A model generated the notes under the pieces. That model had not been told where the DNA came from. It made no database searches and worked only from the letters and a program-made list of their open reading frames with translations. DNA of 64,000 nt from Candidatus Versatilivorator sp. (GTDB lineage Bacteria > Acidobacteriota > Terriglobia > Versatilivoradales > Versatilivoraceae). Below, one piece after another: positions 9,198-17,874 of this stretch. A program made the position numbers and the translations under genes. The stretch's first letter is position 1. Every line of letters begins with the position of its first letter. The stretch spans positions 4,896,001 through 4,960,000 of the forward strand of contig OZ242296.1 of the NCBI GenBank assembly GCA_965207735.1. Direction: 5' to 3'.

Positions 9198-11570
9198 TCA
9201 GCCTTGGCTCGACCGGGCATGGTAGACCCTGCCGCCCATCGGGTCTCCGGAGGCACTGGCGGTTGCCGCTGAGGTGGAGGCGGGCTCCAGCTTGAAGTTG
9301 CGGGGGAGCAGGCCGGTGTCGGGGCGGCGCCCTTCGATGATGGGATAGGTCCAGCGGCGCAATGCCGGAACGTGAAGGTTCACCCAGTAGTCGTACCAGT
9401 CGATGGATTCCGGATGGTATCCGAAATCCGCGACTTCATCGCTGGGCAAGGCTGCCCCCAGTTCTCGGATGTGGTCTGCGGCAAAGAAGTACTCGTTGTC
9501 CAGAATGAATGGCTGGTAGAGCTCGATGACCTTGTGAACCCGATCCAGGGCCCGTTGCTTTCGGGTGAGGCTGTCGTTATTGACGGGGAGCACCCCGGTC
9601 AAGCGCTGCAGACCCTGAAGCAACACCTTCAAGAGGGGAAGGGAAACGTTCCGGTAGCGGGCCTGGGAAACCGGGATGGTGTCGCAGCGGGCCCGGAGCC
9701 AATGTTCCAGGCCTTCCAGAGAGCGGTAGTACTTGCGATGAGCCAGGCCGGTCAATTCGATGGTCCGGCGCATGTCGGCGGGATTGGTGGCCGAGGTTGC
9801 CAGGTGGTAGACCCGGTCGTGACGCCGGCGCACCAGGGCTGCCGCCACCAGGGTGAGTCCGCGGCACACCAGGTCTACCGGGATGACATCCAGGCGCTTG
9901 CGCTTGTTGGAGGGGAGTTGCCGGAAGTAGGTGCTCAACAGGTAAGACAACGGGGCCGTCGTGTTGACGCCCTCGTTCCAGCCCCGAAACGGTTGACTGA
10001 TGGAGGACTCCACGATCGAGGGTCTGACCACGGCAATGGGGAGATCCTGGGTGGCCAGCAACGATTCTCCCAGGCTCTTGGTGAAGGTGTAGATGTTGGG
10101 CCAACCCCAGTGCTGAGCTCGCTCGATCCCGAATTCGATTCCGCGATCGCGAATCCAGCGGGTGCGTTCCTTGCGAATCAGGCGTGAGGGATCGCTCACA
10201 TTCGGCTTGCGGGCAGAGACCCGGGCTCGCACTTCCTCTGTTACCGCCTCGCTGTCTCCTTGGCTGGTGATGCGCTCGATGGATTGATGGACCAACCGGC
10301 ATTCCCGGTAGACGTCGAAATCGGCTCGGCCGGCCGGAGTGTAGTTGGGAAGCAGTTCCTCGGAAACCCGCCCGTCGATGCGACCGTTGACGAAACAGGT
10401 GGAGACATGCAGCAAGGCGGCCCGGCGGCAGCGCTTCAGAAAGTCGATCAGACCCATGACGCTGTCCACGTTGGTGGTCATGGCCAGGCGGATGTCCGGA
10501 TTGAAATCGGTGAGGCCGGCTGAATTGACCACCAGGTCCAGATCCTGCGTCAGGCGCTCCAGGGTGCCTTCGTTCAGTCCCAGGCCGGGATCGCCGATGT
10601 CTCCCTCCACCACTTCCACTCGGTCCATGAGCATCCGGGGCAGTCGGTCGCCGAAACGTTCATGAAGGGGAGCAAAAGCGGGGGATTCGGCGACGATCTT
10701 CTCGAAGCGCTGCAGGGCGCTGCGCGATCCCTGCCGTCGGATCAGCAGATAGATCCTTCCAATCTCCGGAAGATCTTCCAGCAGCATGGACAACCAGACC
10801 TTGCCGATGAATCCCGTCCCGCCGATCAGCAGAATGTGCTTGCCGGCCAGGGCCTGGCGTACCGAGAGATTCTCGTGTCTGGCCCGGCGCCGGTGGAAGT
10901 CCACCACCGGAGGAGCGAGGCTATTGGTTTGCCGGGCGGTGGTTTGGATGTGCGGTTCCAGGGCGCTGAAGGGAAGCCCGGGCAGACCGTCGATGAGAAA
11001 ACTTTGGAAACCGAACCGCGCCCGGCTCGGCTCGGGTTGCAGGGTGTCGGGGATGATGGGCGAATGCAGGCGCCCGGTGGCCAGTCCGTCCCGAAACTCC
11101 AGCCGGTTGGAGACCAGGCTCTGGACGCCCAGATGCTGGGCCAGGGGACGGAGCAGGTGGTCCAGTTCCCGGCTGACCAGCACCACCCGATTGCCGGCGG
11201 CGCTTAACTGCTTTATAGCCTTAACCCCTTGGGGCTCAAGCTGGTTTCGCAGCTTGTATTGGAAATATTCTTCACCCAGCAGGTCCAGCCGGTCGCGGCT
11301 GGTGCCCCGCAGGGGCAAGTGGATCAGTCGGGTAGCCAGCCGGGGGTTCCAGATACCCACGATCAGATGGATGGAACGCATCAGACCGACGCCCAGCAGG
11401 CGGTGGATTCGGCCCGAAAATGTCTGGGCATTGCTGGCGTAGTGGGCAGCCAGTCTCGAGGAGTTGACCCGGAACAGCCCACCGTCGGCACTCACATAGG
11501 CAAGCTTTCCAGTCTTATCATTGGTGTTCTGCAACGGATTGCTGTTGTCCCGCCGGACGCCGTGATTCAA
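9198..11570 (-). CDS. Fusion of a degenerate HAD-IB domain and a fatty acyl-CoA reductase (male-sterility/FAR) domain
   Basis: N-terminal HAD-IB-like segments (VVLVS, SNRLEFRDGLATGRL) followed by GGTGFIGK, YTFTK, RPSIV and a FAR C-terminal IDWYDYW. Start uncertain: the ORF stays open to 11774; in-frame TTG 11570 chosen. Confidence 0.82.
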   Translation of the reverse strand: MNHGVRRDNSNPLQNTNDKTGKLAYVSADGGLFRVNSSRLAAHYASNAQTFSGRIHRLLGVGLMRSIHLIVGIWNPRLATRLIHLPLRGTSRDRLDLLGEEYFQYKLRNQLEPQGVKAIKQLSAAGNRVVLVSRELDHLLRPLAQHLGVQSLVSNRLEFRDGLATGRLHSPIIPDTLQPEPSRARFGFQSFLIDGLPGLPFSALEPHIQTTARQTNSLAPPVVDFHRRRARHENLSVRQALAGKHILLIGGTGFIGKVWLSMLLEDLPEIGRIYLLIRRQGSRSALQRFEKIVAESPAFAPLHERFGDRLPRMLMDRVEVVEGDIGDPGLGLNEGTLERLTQDLDLVVNSAGLTDFNPDIRLAMTTNVDSVMGLIDFLKRCRRAALLHVSTCFVNGRIDGRVSEELLPNYTPAGRADFDVYRECRLVHQSIERITSQGDSEAVTEEVRARVSARKPNVSDPSRLIRKERTRWIRDRGIEFGIERAQHWGWPNIYTFTKSLGESLLATQDLPIAVVRPSIVESSISQPFRGWNEGVNTTAPLSYLLSTYFRQLPSNKRKRLDVIPVDLVCRGLTLVAAALVRRRHDRVYHLATSATNPADMRRTIELTGLAHRKYYRSLEGLEHWLRARCDTIPVSQARYRNVSLPLLKVLLQGLQRLTGVLPVNNDSLTRKQRALDRVHKVIELYQPFILDNEYFFAADHIRELGAALPSDEVADFGYHPESIDWYDYWVNLHVPALRRWTYPIIEGRRPDTGLLPRNFKLEPASTSAATASASGDPMGGRVYHARSSQG

Positions 11571-11746
11571 GGTTCGCGATCTGTCCCGGGCGGGAGAACC
11601 GTCCTCCTGTGGGCTGGCCGATTCCCGGACCCGGAATGTTGGCCCGGTCGCTACCGGCAATCGGAGAGAATACGTGAGCCCCCGGGGTTTTTCAAGCCAA
11701 AAGGGTCGCCGGGTGCACGCCAGTTGCTTCAATGCCCATCTCCCTA

Positions 11747-11775
11747 TTGAGTCGGGACCGAGGCTTGGGTACAAT
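11747..11775 (+). promoter_or_regulatory. Putative sigma70 promoter for the cytochrome c peroxidase gene
   Basis: TTGAGT (11747-11752), 17-bp spacer, TACAAT (11770-11775). Confidence 0.5.
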
Positions 11776-11986
11776 GGAACGCGGTTGTCGACGTAGCAGT
11801 CCTTCCTTCACTTCCATTCCTTTCAGGAATTGGCAGGGTAGCTCCGATTCTCCGAAGACGGTTGTCTGAGCGGAGCGACTCGAAATGCGAACGCCGTACC
11901 GCCAAGCCGGGGGTGGGGGTGCCCAGGGAACTTCAGCCGAGTGGACTGGAACCAGGGTAGACATCAAACAGAGTCGAGGAGGAATC

Positions 11987-13039
11987 ATGCGGTCCATGCA
12001 TTCATTGAGCCCTGTTGCTTTCTCGGTGGCGATCGGATTTTTTCTGGGTGTGTTCCTGACGGGATGCGCCCCGAGTGAACCGCCGGCTCCGGAGTACCAA
12101 CCGGAGATCCTGCCGTTGCCCGAGCAGCTGGCGACCTACGAGGAGATGTCGATTCCGGAGGACAATCCCATGACGCCGGAGAAGGTCGCCCTGGGACGCC
12201 AACTGTTTTTCGACAAGCGGCTCAGCGGGGATGGGTCCCGTTCCTGCTACTCCTGCCACCTGTGCGAGAACGGGCTGACGGACGGGTTGCCCACGGCCAT
12301 CGGGGCTCGGGAAAAGAAGCTGACCCGCAGCAGCCCCACGCTCTGGAATATCGGTTACCACTCGGAGTTCTATTGGGACGGCCGCAGCGGCTCTCTGGAA
12401 AAGCAGGCCTTGGCAGCCTGGAAGGGGGGCAACATGGGAGCCGACCTGGAGGCCGCGACCGCCAGGATCAATGCCCTCTCAGGCTATCGGTCCCAGTTTC
12501 AGACGTTGTTTGGCGGCGAGGCGACTCCCGAACGGATCGTCCAGGCCATTTCCGCCTTCGAACGGACCATCATCAGCGGAGACACGCCTTTCGACCGGTG
12601 GCGGGCCGGGGACGAAGCGGCGGTGGGTGAAGAGGTCAAGAGGGGCTACGAGGTCTTCAAGAAGTTGGAGTGCGACAACTGTCATGACGGGGTGCTGCTC
12701 ACCGACATGCAGTACCACAACGTCGGCATCGGAATGGACGCCGAAAAACCGGACGTCGGCAGATTCAAGGTGACCGAGAAGGAAGAGGATACCGGGGCCT
12801 TCAAGACGCCCACTCTGCGAGATATCGCCAAGTCGGGTCCCTACTTTCACAATGGCAGTGTGGCCACCCTGGAGGAGGCCGTGGACCTGATGATTGAAGG
12901 AGGCAAGCCCAACAAGTATCTGGACCGCACCAATCTCAAGAAGCGGAAGGCGACCGAGGCCGAGAAGAAGGACTTGATTGCCTTTTTGGGATCACTGACC
13001 AACGACTGTCAACTGACCGCACCCAAGCTGCCGGAGTAA
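11987..13039 (+). CDS. Di-heme cytochrome c peroxidase (bCCP/MauG family), probable lipoprotein
   Basis: CYSCH and CDNCH heme motifs; LGRQLFFDKRLS, FKTPTLR and PYFHNGS; lipobox LTGC; GGAGGA RBS before ATG 11987. Confidence 0.93.
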   Translation: MRSMHSLSPVAFSVAIGFFLGVFLTGCAPSEPPAPEYQPEILPLPEQLATYEEMSIPEDNPMTPEKVALGRQLFFDKRLSGDGSRSCYSCHLCENGLTDGLPTAIGAREKKLTRSSPTLWNIGYHSEFYWDGRSGSLEKQALAAWKGGNMGADLEAATARINALSGYRSQFQTLFGGEATPERIVQAISAFERTIISGDTPFDRWRAGDEAAVGEEVKRGYEVFKKLECDNCHDGVLLTDMQYHNVGIGMDAEKPDVGRFKVTEKEEDTGAFKTPTLRDIAKSGPYFHNGSVATLEEAVDLMIEGGKPNKYLDRTNLKKRKATEAEKKDLIAFLGSLTNDCQLTAPKLPE

Positions 13040-13150
13040 ACGACGACCGGATCGAAGGTCGTCACACCCACCCACGGATGCGGGCTTCAACCATCGGGGT
13101 CCGCCTGCTTTCTTGCCGGTGAGAGCCACAACTTTCCGGCAGGAACCTCA

Positions 13151-13804
13151 ATGGATTCCTATCTAATCCACATTGGGAAACGCCGGGTCCTGTATGCCGA
13201 GGACGCGCCTGCTCCAAAGGGGGAATCAGGCCACTCTCAGCATCCTGCCGACCGCATCATCCGGAACCTGGCTGCACGGGACGTCTGGTGGGCGGCGGGG
13301 ATGAGCCGTCTGATCCGCGCCGTACGGGATGGGTACTACGAACTCCAGAACCGGCTCGATCCCATGGAACGGGTGTTCAAGCGCATGCGCCATGCCGGCC
13401 CCATGCGGGTGCACTTTTCCTCCTCCCTTTCGGAATCGGAGGCCCGGGCCAGGCTGAAGTCGCTGCTGGTTGGCCAAAGAAATCGTCATGGAGCCTGGAT
13501 GATCTTCGACGGCCTGCTGGCCTTGGGCATGTTGCCGCTGACTCCCTTTCTGGTTCCCATCCCCGGGCCGAACCTGTTTTTTTACTACCCAGCCCTGAGG
13601 ACCTTCAGCCACTGGCTGGCATGGCAAGGGAGCTTGGCCGCGCTCAGGCAGAGGCCGCCGCAGCTGGTGGCTCAGGAAGAGATCGCCAACCTGGAGAACG
13701 CGATCGGCCGCAAGGGAATTCCCGACAGCCGAGCCGAAATTCAGGATTTTTCGTCCAGGCTGAAGCTGGATGGGCTTCCCGAGTTCATTACCCGAAATGG
13801 GTGA
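13151..13804 (+). CDS. Conserved hypothetical protein, resembles mitochondrial K+/H+ exchange-related (Mit_KHE1) family
   Basis: Central hydrophobic hairpin ending PIPGPNLFFYY; AGGA RBS. Family call from memory only. Confidence 0.55.
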   Translation: MDSYLIHIGKRRVLYAEDAPAPKGESGHSQHPADRIIRNLAARDVWWAAGMSRLIRAVRDGYYELQNRLDPMERVFKRMRHAGPMRVHFSSSLSESEARARLKSLLVGQRNRHGAWMIFDGLLALGMLPLTPFLVPIPGPNLFFYYPALRTFSHWLAWQGSLAALRQRPPQLVAQEEIANLENAIGRKGIPDSRAEIQDFSSRLKLDGLPEFITRNG

Positions 13805-13806
13805 CA

Positions 13807-13887
13807 TTTCTGGATTGTGGATTTGGGGCAGAATCCGTCGTCACAAGCTCCAAATCAACAATCAGAAATCACCAATCGACAATTCAT
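13807..13887. repeat. Intergenic heptamer-based inverted/tandem repeat (REP-like)
   Basis: tttctggattgtggatttgg followed by ccaaatcaacaatcagaaatcaccaatcgacaatt (AATC every 7 nt). Confidence 0.55.
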
Positions 13888-13918
13888 TTTACCGAAATTG
13901 AACCGACAGGAGACGGCC

Positions 13919-14404
13919 ATGCCTCTTTTTCGGACCATTCTGCCGAGCGTTTTTGCCGGGTTTGTGCTGCTGCTTCAGCCGGCGCTCGGTCAGCGAAACC
14001 TGATCGACCTGCGAGTGAACGGAGGGTACACCTACCTGTTGGAGGAATCGCTGCCCGATGCCTGGCTGGGAGGTGGGGCCGTGACTGCCGCTGTCTGGCC
14101 GGGCACTCGACTCGGGGTGGAGGTGCTGCGGGCCGAAGTGTTTGGACAGGAGCAGGAGACCGCCGAGGGCGGGCTGCTGATCAGTCCCATCATTGAGCGC
14201 ACGTTCCTGGAACTGCCGCGCTTCAAGCCTTACCTGGTGGGCGGAGTCTCATTTCTCCGCAGGAAACAGGAGAACAGCGTCAGCCTCGGCGGGGGACTGG
14301 GTGTGCGGTTGTTCCTGACCCGGCACCTGTTCCTGGCCCCGGAAGTGCGTCTGGGGAATTTTCCCAGGCTGCGGGCGACGGTGTCGGTCGGCATCGCCTT
14401 CTGA
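13919..14404 (+). CDS. Small outer-membrane beta-barrel protein
   Basis: Signal peptide, alternating beta-strand pattern, PYLVGG, terminal Phe; AGGAG RBS before ATG 13919. Confidence 0.75.
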   Translation: MPLFRTILPSVFAGFVLLLQPALGQRNLIDLRVNGGYTYLLEESLPDAWLGGGAVTAAVWPGTRLGVEVLRAEVFGQEQETAEGGLLISPIIERTFLELPRFKPYLVGGVSFLRRKQENSVSLGGGLGVRLFLTRHLFLAPEVRLGNFPRLRATVSVGIAF

Positions 14405-14414
14405 ACGGTGCCGG

Positions 14415-15731
14415 TCAGTCGTAGTACTCCAGGCCGAGGTGGGTGATCATCTCCTCACCCTTCAGGTACCGCAGGGTGTTCTTGAGCTTCATGAGCTGGA
14501 TGAAGAGGTCGTGTTCGGGATAGAGTTCCGGCGCGCATTGAGGACTCTTGAAGTAGAAGGACAGCCACTCCTGAATCCCATGCATTCCGGCGCGCTTGGA
14601 CAAGTCCAGGAACAGGGCCAGGTCCAGGCAGAGGGGAGCCGCCAGGATGCTGTCGCGGCAGAGAAAGTTCAGCTTGATCTGCATGGGATATCCCAGCCAC
14701 CCGAAGATATCCACGTTGTCCCATCCCTCCTTGTTGTCTCCACGCGGCGGGTAGTAGTTGATGCGCACCTGGTGGTGATAGTCCCCGTAGAGTTCGGGGT
14801 AGAGGCCGGGCTGCAGGATTTGATCCAGCACCGAGAGCTTGGTCTCCTCCTTGCTCTTGAATGACTGCGGTTCGTCCAGCACCTCGCCGTCCCGATTGCC
14901 CAGGATGTTGGTGGAGTACCAGCCGGCCAGGCCGATGAGCCGGGACTTCAGTCCGGGAGCGATGATGGTCTTCATGAGCGTCTGCCCCGTCTTGAAGTCC
15001 TTGCCGCAAACGGGAACCTTGTTCTTCCTGGCCAGTTCCAGCATGGCCGGAATGTCGCCCGACAGATTGGGAGCCCCGTTGGCATAAGGGATTCCCATCG
15101 AGAGGGCGGCATAGGTGTAGATCATGCTGGAGGAGATCTTGGGATCGTTCTCCTCCAGCCCCTTTTCGAACTTGGCCAGACTGGAGTGAACCTCGCTGGG
15201 CTTCAGGAAGACTTCGGTGCTGCCGCACCAGATCATCACCAGGCGGCTCAGGTCGTGCGCCTTCTGGAACTGCTCGATGTCCTTCATGACCTGCAGAGCC
15301 AATTGGCGTTTGTTGGAGGCTCTCTTGACGTGGCGTCCCGAGAGGCGCTTGACGTATTTACGGCTGAAGACGGCCTTCCAGGGGCGGATCTTCTCCAGGT
15401 GCGGCCGCAGCTCTTCCAGTTGTTGGGGATCGAGCACTCCGGAGCGAACGGCCGTCTCGTAGCAGGACTCGCCGTGAATGTCCCAACCGCCGAAGACCAG
15501 GTCATCCAGCGAAGCCAGGGGGACGAAGTCCTTGATCAAGGGCACCCTTTTATCGGTGCGCTTGCCCAGGCGGACCGTTCCCATTTGGGTCAGGGACCCG
15601 ATTGGCGGAGCGTTTCGCCTGCGAATGGCTTCGACTCCGGCAATGAAGGTGGAGGCCACGGCGCCCATCCCCGGCAGAAGAACTCCCAGCTTACCCTGGG
15701 GTCCGGCAACTTCGGTCCCTTTCTCGATCAC
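14415..15731 (-). CDS. ino1: myo-Inositol-1-phosphate synthase
   Basis: GMGAVASTFIAG, WCGSTE, GKDFKTGQT, NILGNRDG, RGDNKEGWD, CRDSILAAPL and SFYFKSP motifs. Confidence 0.95.
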   Translation of the reverse strand: MIEKGTEVAGPQGKLGVLLPGMGAVASTFIAGVEAIRRRNAPPIGSLTQMGTVRLGKRTDKRVPLIKDFVPLASLDDLVFGGWDIHGESCYETAVRSGVLDPQQLEELRPHLEKIRPWKAVFSRKYVKRLSGRHVKRASNKRQLALQVMKDIEQFQKAHDLSRLVMIWCGSTEVFLKPSEVHSSLAKFEKGLEENDPKISSSMIYTYAALSMGIPYANGAPNLSGDIPAMLELARKNKVPVCGKDFKTGQTLMKTIIAPGLKSRLIGLAGWYSTNILGNRDGEVLDEPQSFKSKEETKLSVLDQILQPGLYPELYGDYHHQVRINYYPPRGDNKEGWDNVDIFGWLGYPMQIKLNFLCRDSILAAPLCLDLALFLDLSKRAGMHGIQEWLSFYFKSPQCAPELYPEHDLFIQLMKLKNTLRYLKGEEMITHLGLEYYD

Positions 15732-15855
15732 GGCGCACTCTCCGAAACTTAGGCTGGCTCAAACGAACCGAAATCATGCACCGAAGTCGGCATGCATGGC
15801 AACTTGAAAATTCCCGGCGGTCGGGAAGAGGTAACGACTCCCCGGGTTGCAAGGG

Positions 15856-16572
15856 CTATCCGGCGGCCTGGCCGTGGACGATGATACTCAGCGGCAATTG
15901 CCCGCCGGATTCCTGAACCAGGGGCAGCGACAGGATCCAATGGTCGGAGTCATCTTTCTCCAGGAGAGGGCGCTCCACCGAGTCGGGAGGGAATGCCAGG
16001 TTGATGACAGTGGGATGGTGGGTTCCGGAGGCTTTCTTGCTGAGTTCCACCAGTTCCTCGGAGGTGAGGTGCGCATCCGGCGCCTGGTTGTCCTCGCTCA
16101 GGGGAACCAGCAGAACGAAGTCCACGATGGGCGCGGCCCCGACGTGGTTTCCATCCTGGGGAATCACTCCGTAGCGCATGGTGTAGGTTCCCTTCCCGAC
16201 GGGAAGACCCCGAAAATCGGTTCCACCCTCGGGAAATCTCATCAACCCCAGCAGGACTCCCGAATGGAAAGCCGGGTATACGGTTTCCGGGGAGGCCGGC
16301 TGTCCCGAATCGGAGATCTCTCGACGGATCCAGACTTCGCACCACGGGTTTCCCTGACCATTCAGCACACGAACTCCCTCCGGCTTCAGGATGGATTTGA
16401 GGGGTTCGGCCACGGCCCTGGGCAGATGCTCGGCCACCTCCAGGGAGAAGTCTTCTGCCTGGGCTGTTTGCGCTCCCGGGAGAGTGAGCAGCAGGAGGCC
16501 TAGGCTGGCGAAACGCAGGACCATGTCGGTGTAAAGAGTGGAAGGCCGGAAGCTGAGCTCCGGCCGTCGCAT
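15856..16572 (-). CDS. Hypothetical secreted protein
   Basis: Signal-peptide-like segment; DFRG...GTYTMRY...PQDGNHVG block; co-oriented with the DUF1326 gene. Start may be ATG 16524. Confidence 0.65.
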   Translation of the reverse strand: MRRPELSFRPSTLYTDMVLRFASLGLLLLTLPGAQTAQAEDFSLEVAEHLPRAVAEPLKSILKPEGVRVLNGQGNPWCEVWIRREISDSGQPASPETVYPAFHSGVLLGLMRFPEGGTDFRGLPVGKGTYTMRYGVIPQDGNHVGAAPIVDFVLLVPLSEDNQAPDAHLTSEELVELSKKASGTHHPTVINLAFPPDSVERPLLEKDDSDHWILSLPLVQESGGQLPLSIIVHGQAAG

Positions 16573-16597
16573 TCGGTTGGTGGCCGCCTGGTTGCGG

Positions 16598-17275
16598 TCA
16601 GCGTTGCTGGGCGGAGTCGTAGGAGAAGTGTCCCACGAAGGCGTTGGTCTTTCCGTTGATTCTCCAGTTCACTCCCAGTCCGCTTCCTCTGAACTCGTCG
16701 TTGATGGTGTAGGCCGGCATGGCATGGGAGAGCTGGGTCAGGGGAGGGTAGTAGACGTGCTCGTTGCCGCAGAGGTGGTCCTTGGCTCCAATGGGCCGGG
16801 CCTTGATCCTGGCCAGATTTCCGGCCCGCAACTCGGCGGAACCGTGAGACTCACCCTCACCGAGCGCCAGGTGGATGGGTGCGGTTTCGATGTTCACCAC
16901 GTTGCGCAGGAGTTCGGGGGCCATGGTTTGAGCAAAGGCCTCCAGGGCCGTGCGCTGCCGGGGGGTGGCCCGGGAATCCACGATGAGCACCGATTTTGCG
17001 GGATAGGGATTCCCATAGGGATCGCCCAGGGTGGCCTTGGCCTTGGTAACGCCCACCACGCCCAGACCGTCCAGCTTGACTCCCTTCCAGCTTCCCTTTC
17101 GGATCCGCCAGGCCAGAATGGCCTGATCGCCGGTCAGGCCGGTCTCGGCATTGGCCACACAGGGGCCGGTATAGACATTGGCGCTGCGGGTTTCCACATA
17201 GTCGCCCGAGATGACGGCCGCCCAGCCCGGGCAGGCCAGACCCAGGATCAAGACCAATAGGATGGTGGATTTCAT
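16598..17275 (-). CDS. DUF1326-like secreted protein
   Basis: Signal peptide, GDYVETRSANVYTGPCVANAE and HLCGNE blocks; GGAGGGA RBS before ATG 17275. Confidence 0.7.
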   Translation of the reverse strand: MKSTILLVLILGLACPGWAAVISGDYVETRSANVYTGPCVANAETGLTGDQAILAWRIRKGSWKGVKLDGLGVVGVTKAKATLGDPYGNPYPAKSVLIVDSRATPRQRTALEAFAQTMAPELLRNVVNIETAPIHLALGEGESHGSAELRAGNLARIKARPIGAKDHLCGNEHVYYPPLTQLSHAMPAYTINDEFRGSGLGVNWRINGKTNAFVGHFSYDSAQQR

Positions 17276-17320
17276 TCCTTGTCCCTCCCGTGGATGCTTC
17301 CTGATTACTTCTTCGCCGGC

Positions 17321-17350
17321 ATTATAGTACGCCGGAGAGGTGCAACTCAA
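17321..17350 (-). promoter_or_regulatory. Putative sigma70 promoter for the DUF1326 gene
   Basis: Minus strand TTGAGT, 18-bp spacer, TATAAT. Confidence 0.35.
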
Positions 17351-17382
17351 CCGCACCGGCCGAGTCTCCCCCTCAGCTGCCA

Positions 17383-17409
17383 ATCACGCCCCCTGGTGAG
17401 AAATGCGGG
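17383..17409. mobile_element. Orphan right end of the 243-bp MITE, abutting the next MITE TIR across a 4-bp spacer
   Basis: atcacgccccctggtgagaaatgcggg matches the MITE end atcatgccccctggtgagaaatgcggg; followed by CCAG and then MITE copy 1. Confidence 0.7.
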
Positions 17410-17413
17410 CCAG

Positions 17414-17656
17414 CCCGCATTTCTCACCAGGCCGCTGGTGCCATGACGAAAAGTAGTTTATCTTCAGTACCTTGATTGGTTCCATGGGAAGGGCTTGCGG
17501 GTAACAGACTGCGCTGGGCATGCCCTGGCTTGTCTTTTTCCCTTCAGCGCGCACATGCTCCCTCGCGCGTAGTGACCGCTACGCTCTTCGGTCGCGAGCA
17601 CGCGCTGAAGGGAAAAATCCTGCGCCATGATCATGCCCCCTGGTGAGAAATGCGGG
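17414..17656. mobile_element. 243-bp MITE, copy 1, with IS1380-type TIRs
   Basis: cccgcatttctcaccag...ctggtgagaaatgcggg ends; flanks CCAG/CTAG; near-identical to 52839-53081 and to the reverse complement of 46026-47137 minus the intron. Confidence 0.9.
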
Positions 17657-17872
17657 CTAGAAGCCTCCTCGGAAGCAGGTTCGCCCCAGCTTGCAGCTCT
17701 CAGGCTCCACCAGCTGCTCGTCGGGTCCCAGGATTCTCTGGGTCAGCGCGCACCAGTAGTTTTCGTCGCCTGCCGGAGGCACCGTCGGATCGGGGAGCGA
17801 CTCATAGAACAGGCTCTTCCAGCGCAGGCAGTTGCAGACTTCGTGTTCGTAACCTTCAAAGCGTCCGGCCAT
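17657..17872 (-). CDS. Small Cys-rich hypothetical protein, last gene of the molybdoenzyme operon
   Basis: 71 aa, five Cys; starts 3 nt after the FAD-subunit stop with GGAGG RBS; its TAG lies in the MITE's CTAG target. Confidence 0.7.
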   Translation of the reverse strand: MAGRFEGYEHEVCNCLRWKSLFYESLPDPTVPPAGDENYWCALTQRILGPDEQLVEPESCKLGRTCFRGGF

Positions 17873-17874
17873 GG

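Noticed and set aside
144-11570. PKS/NRPS cluster
   Set aside because: No ketosynthase or condensation domain; the ACP and ligases fit lipid tailoring better.
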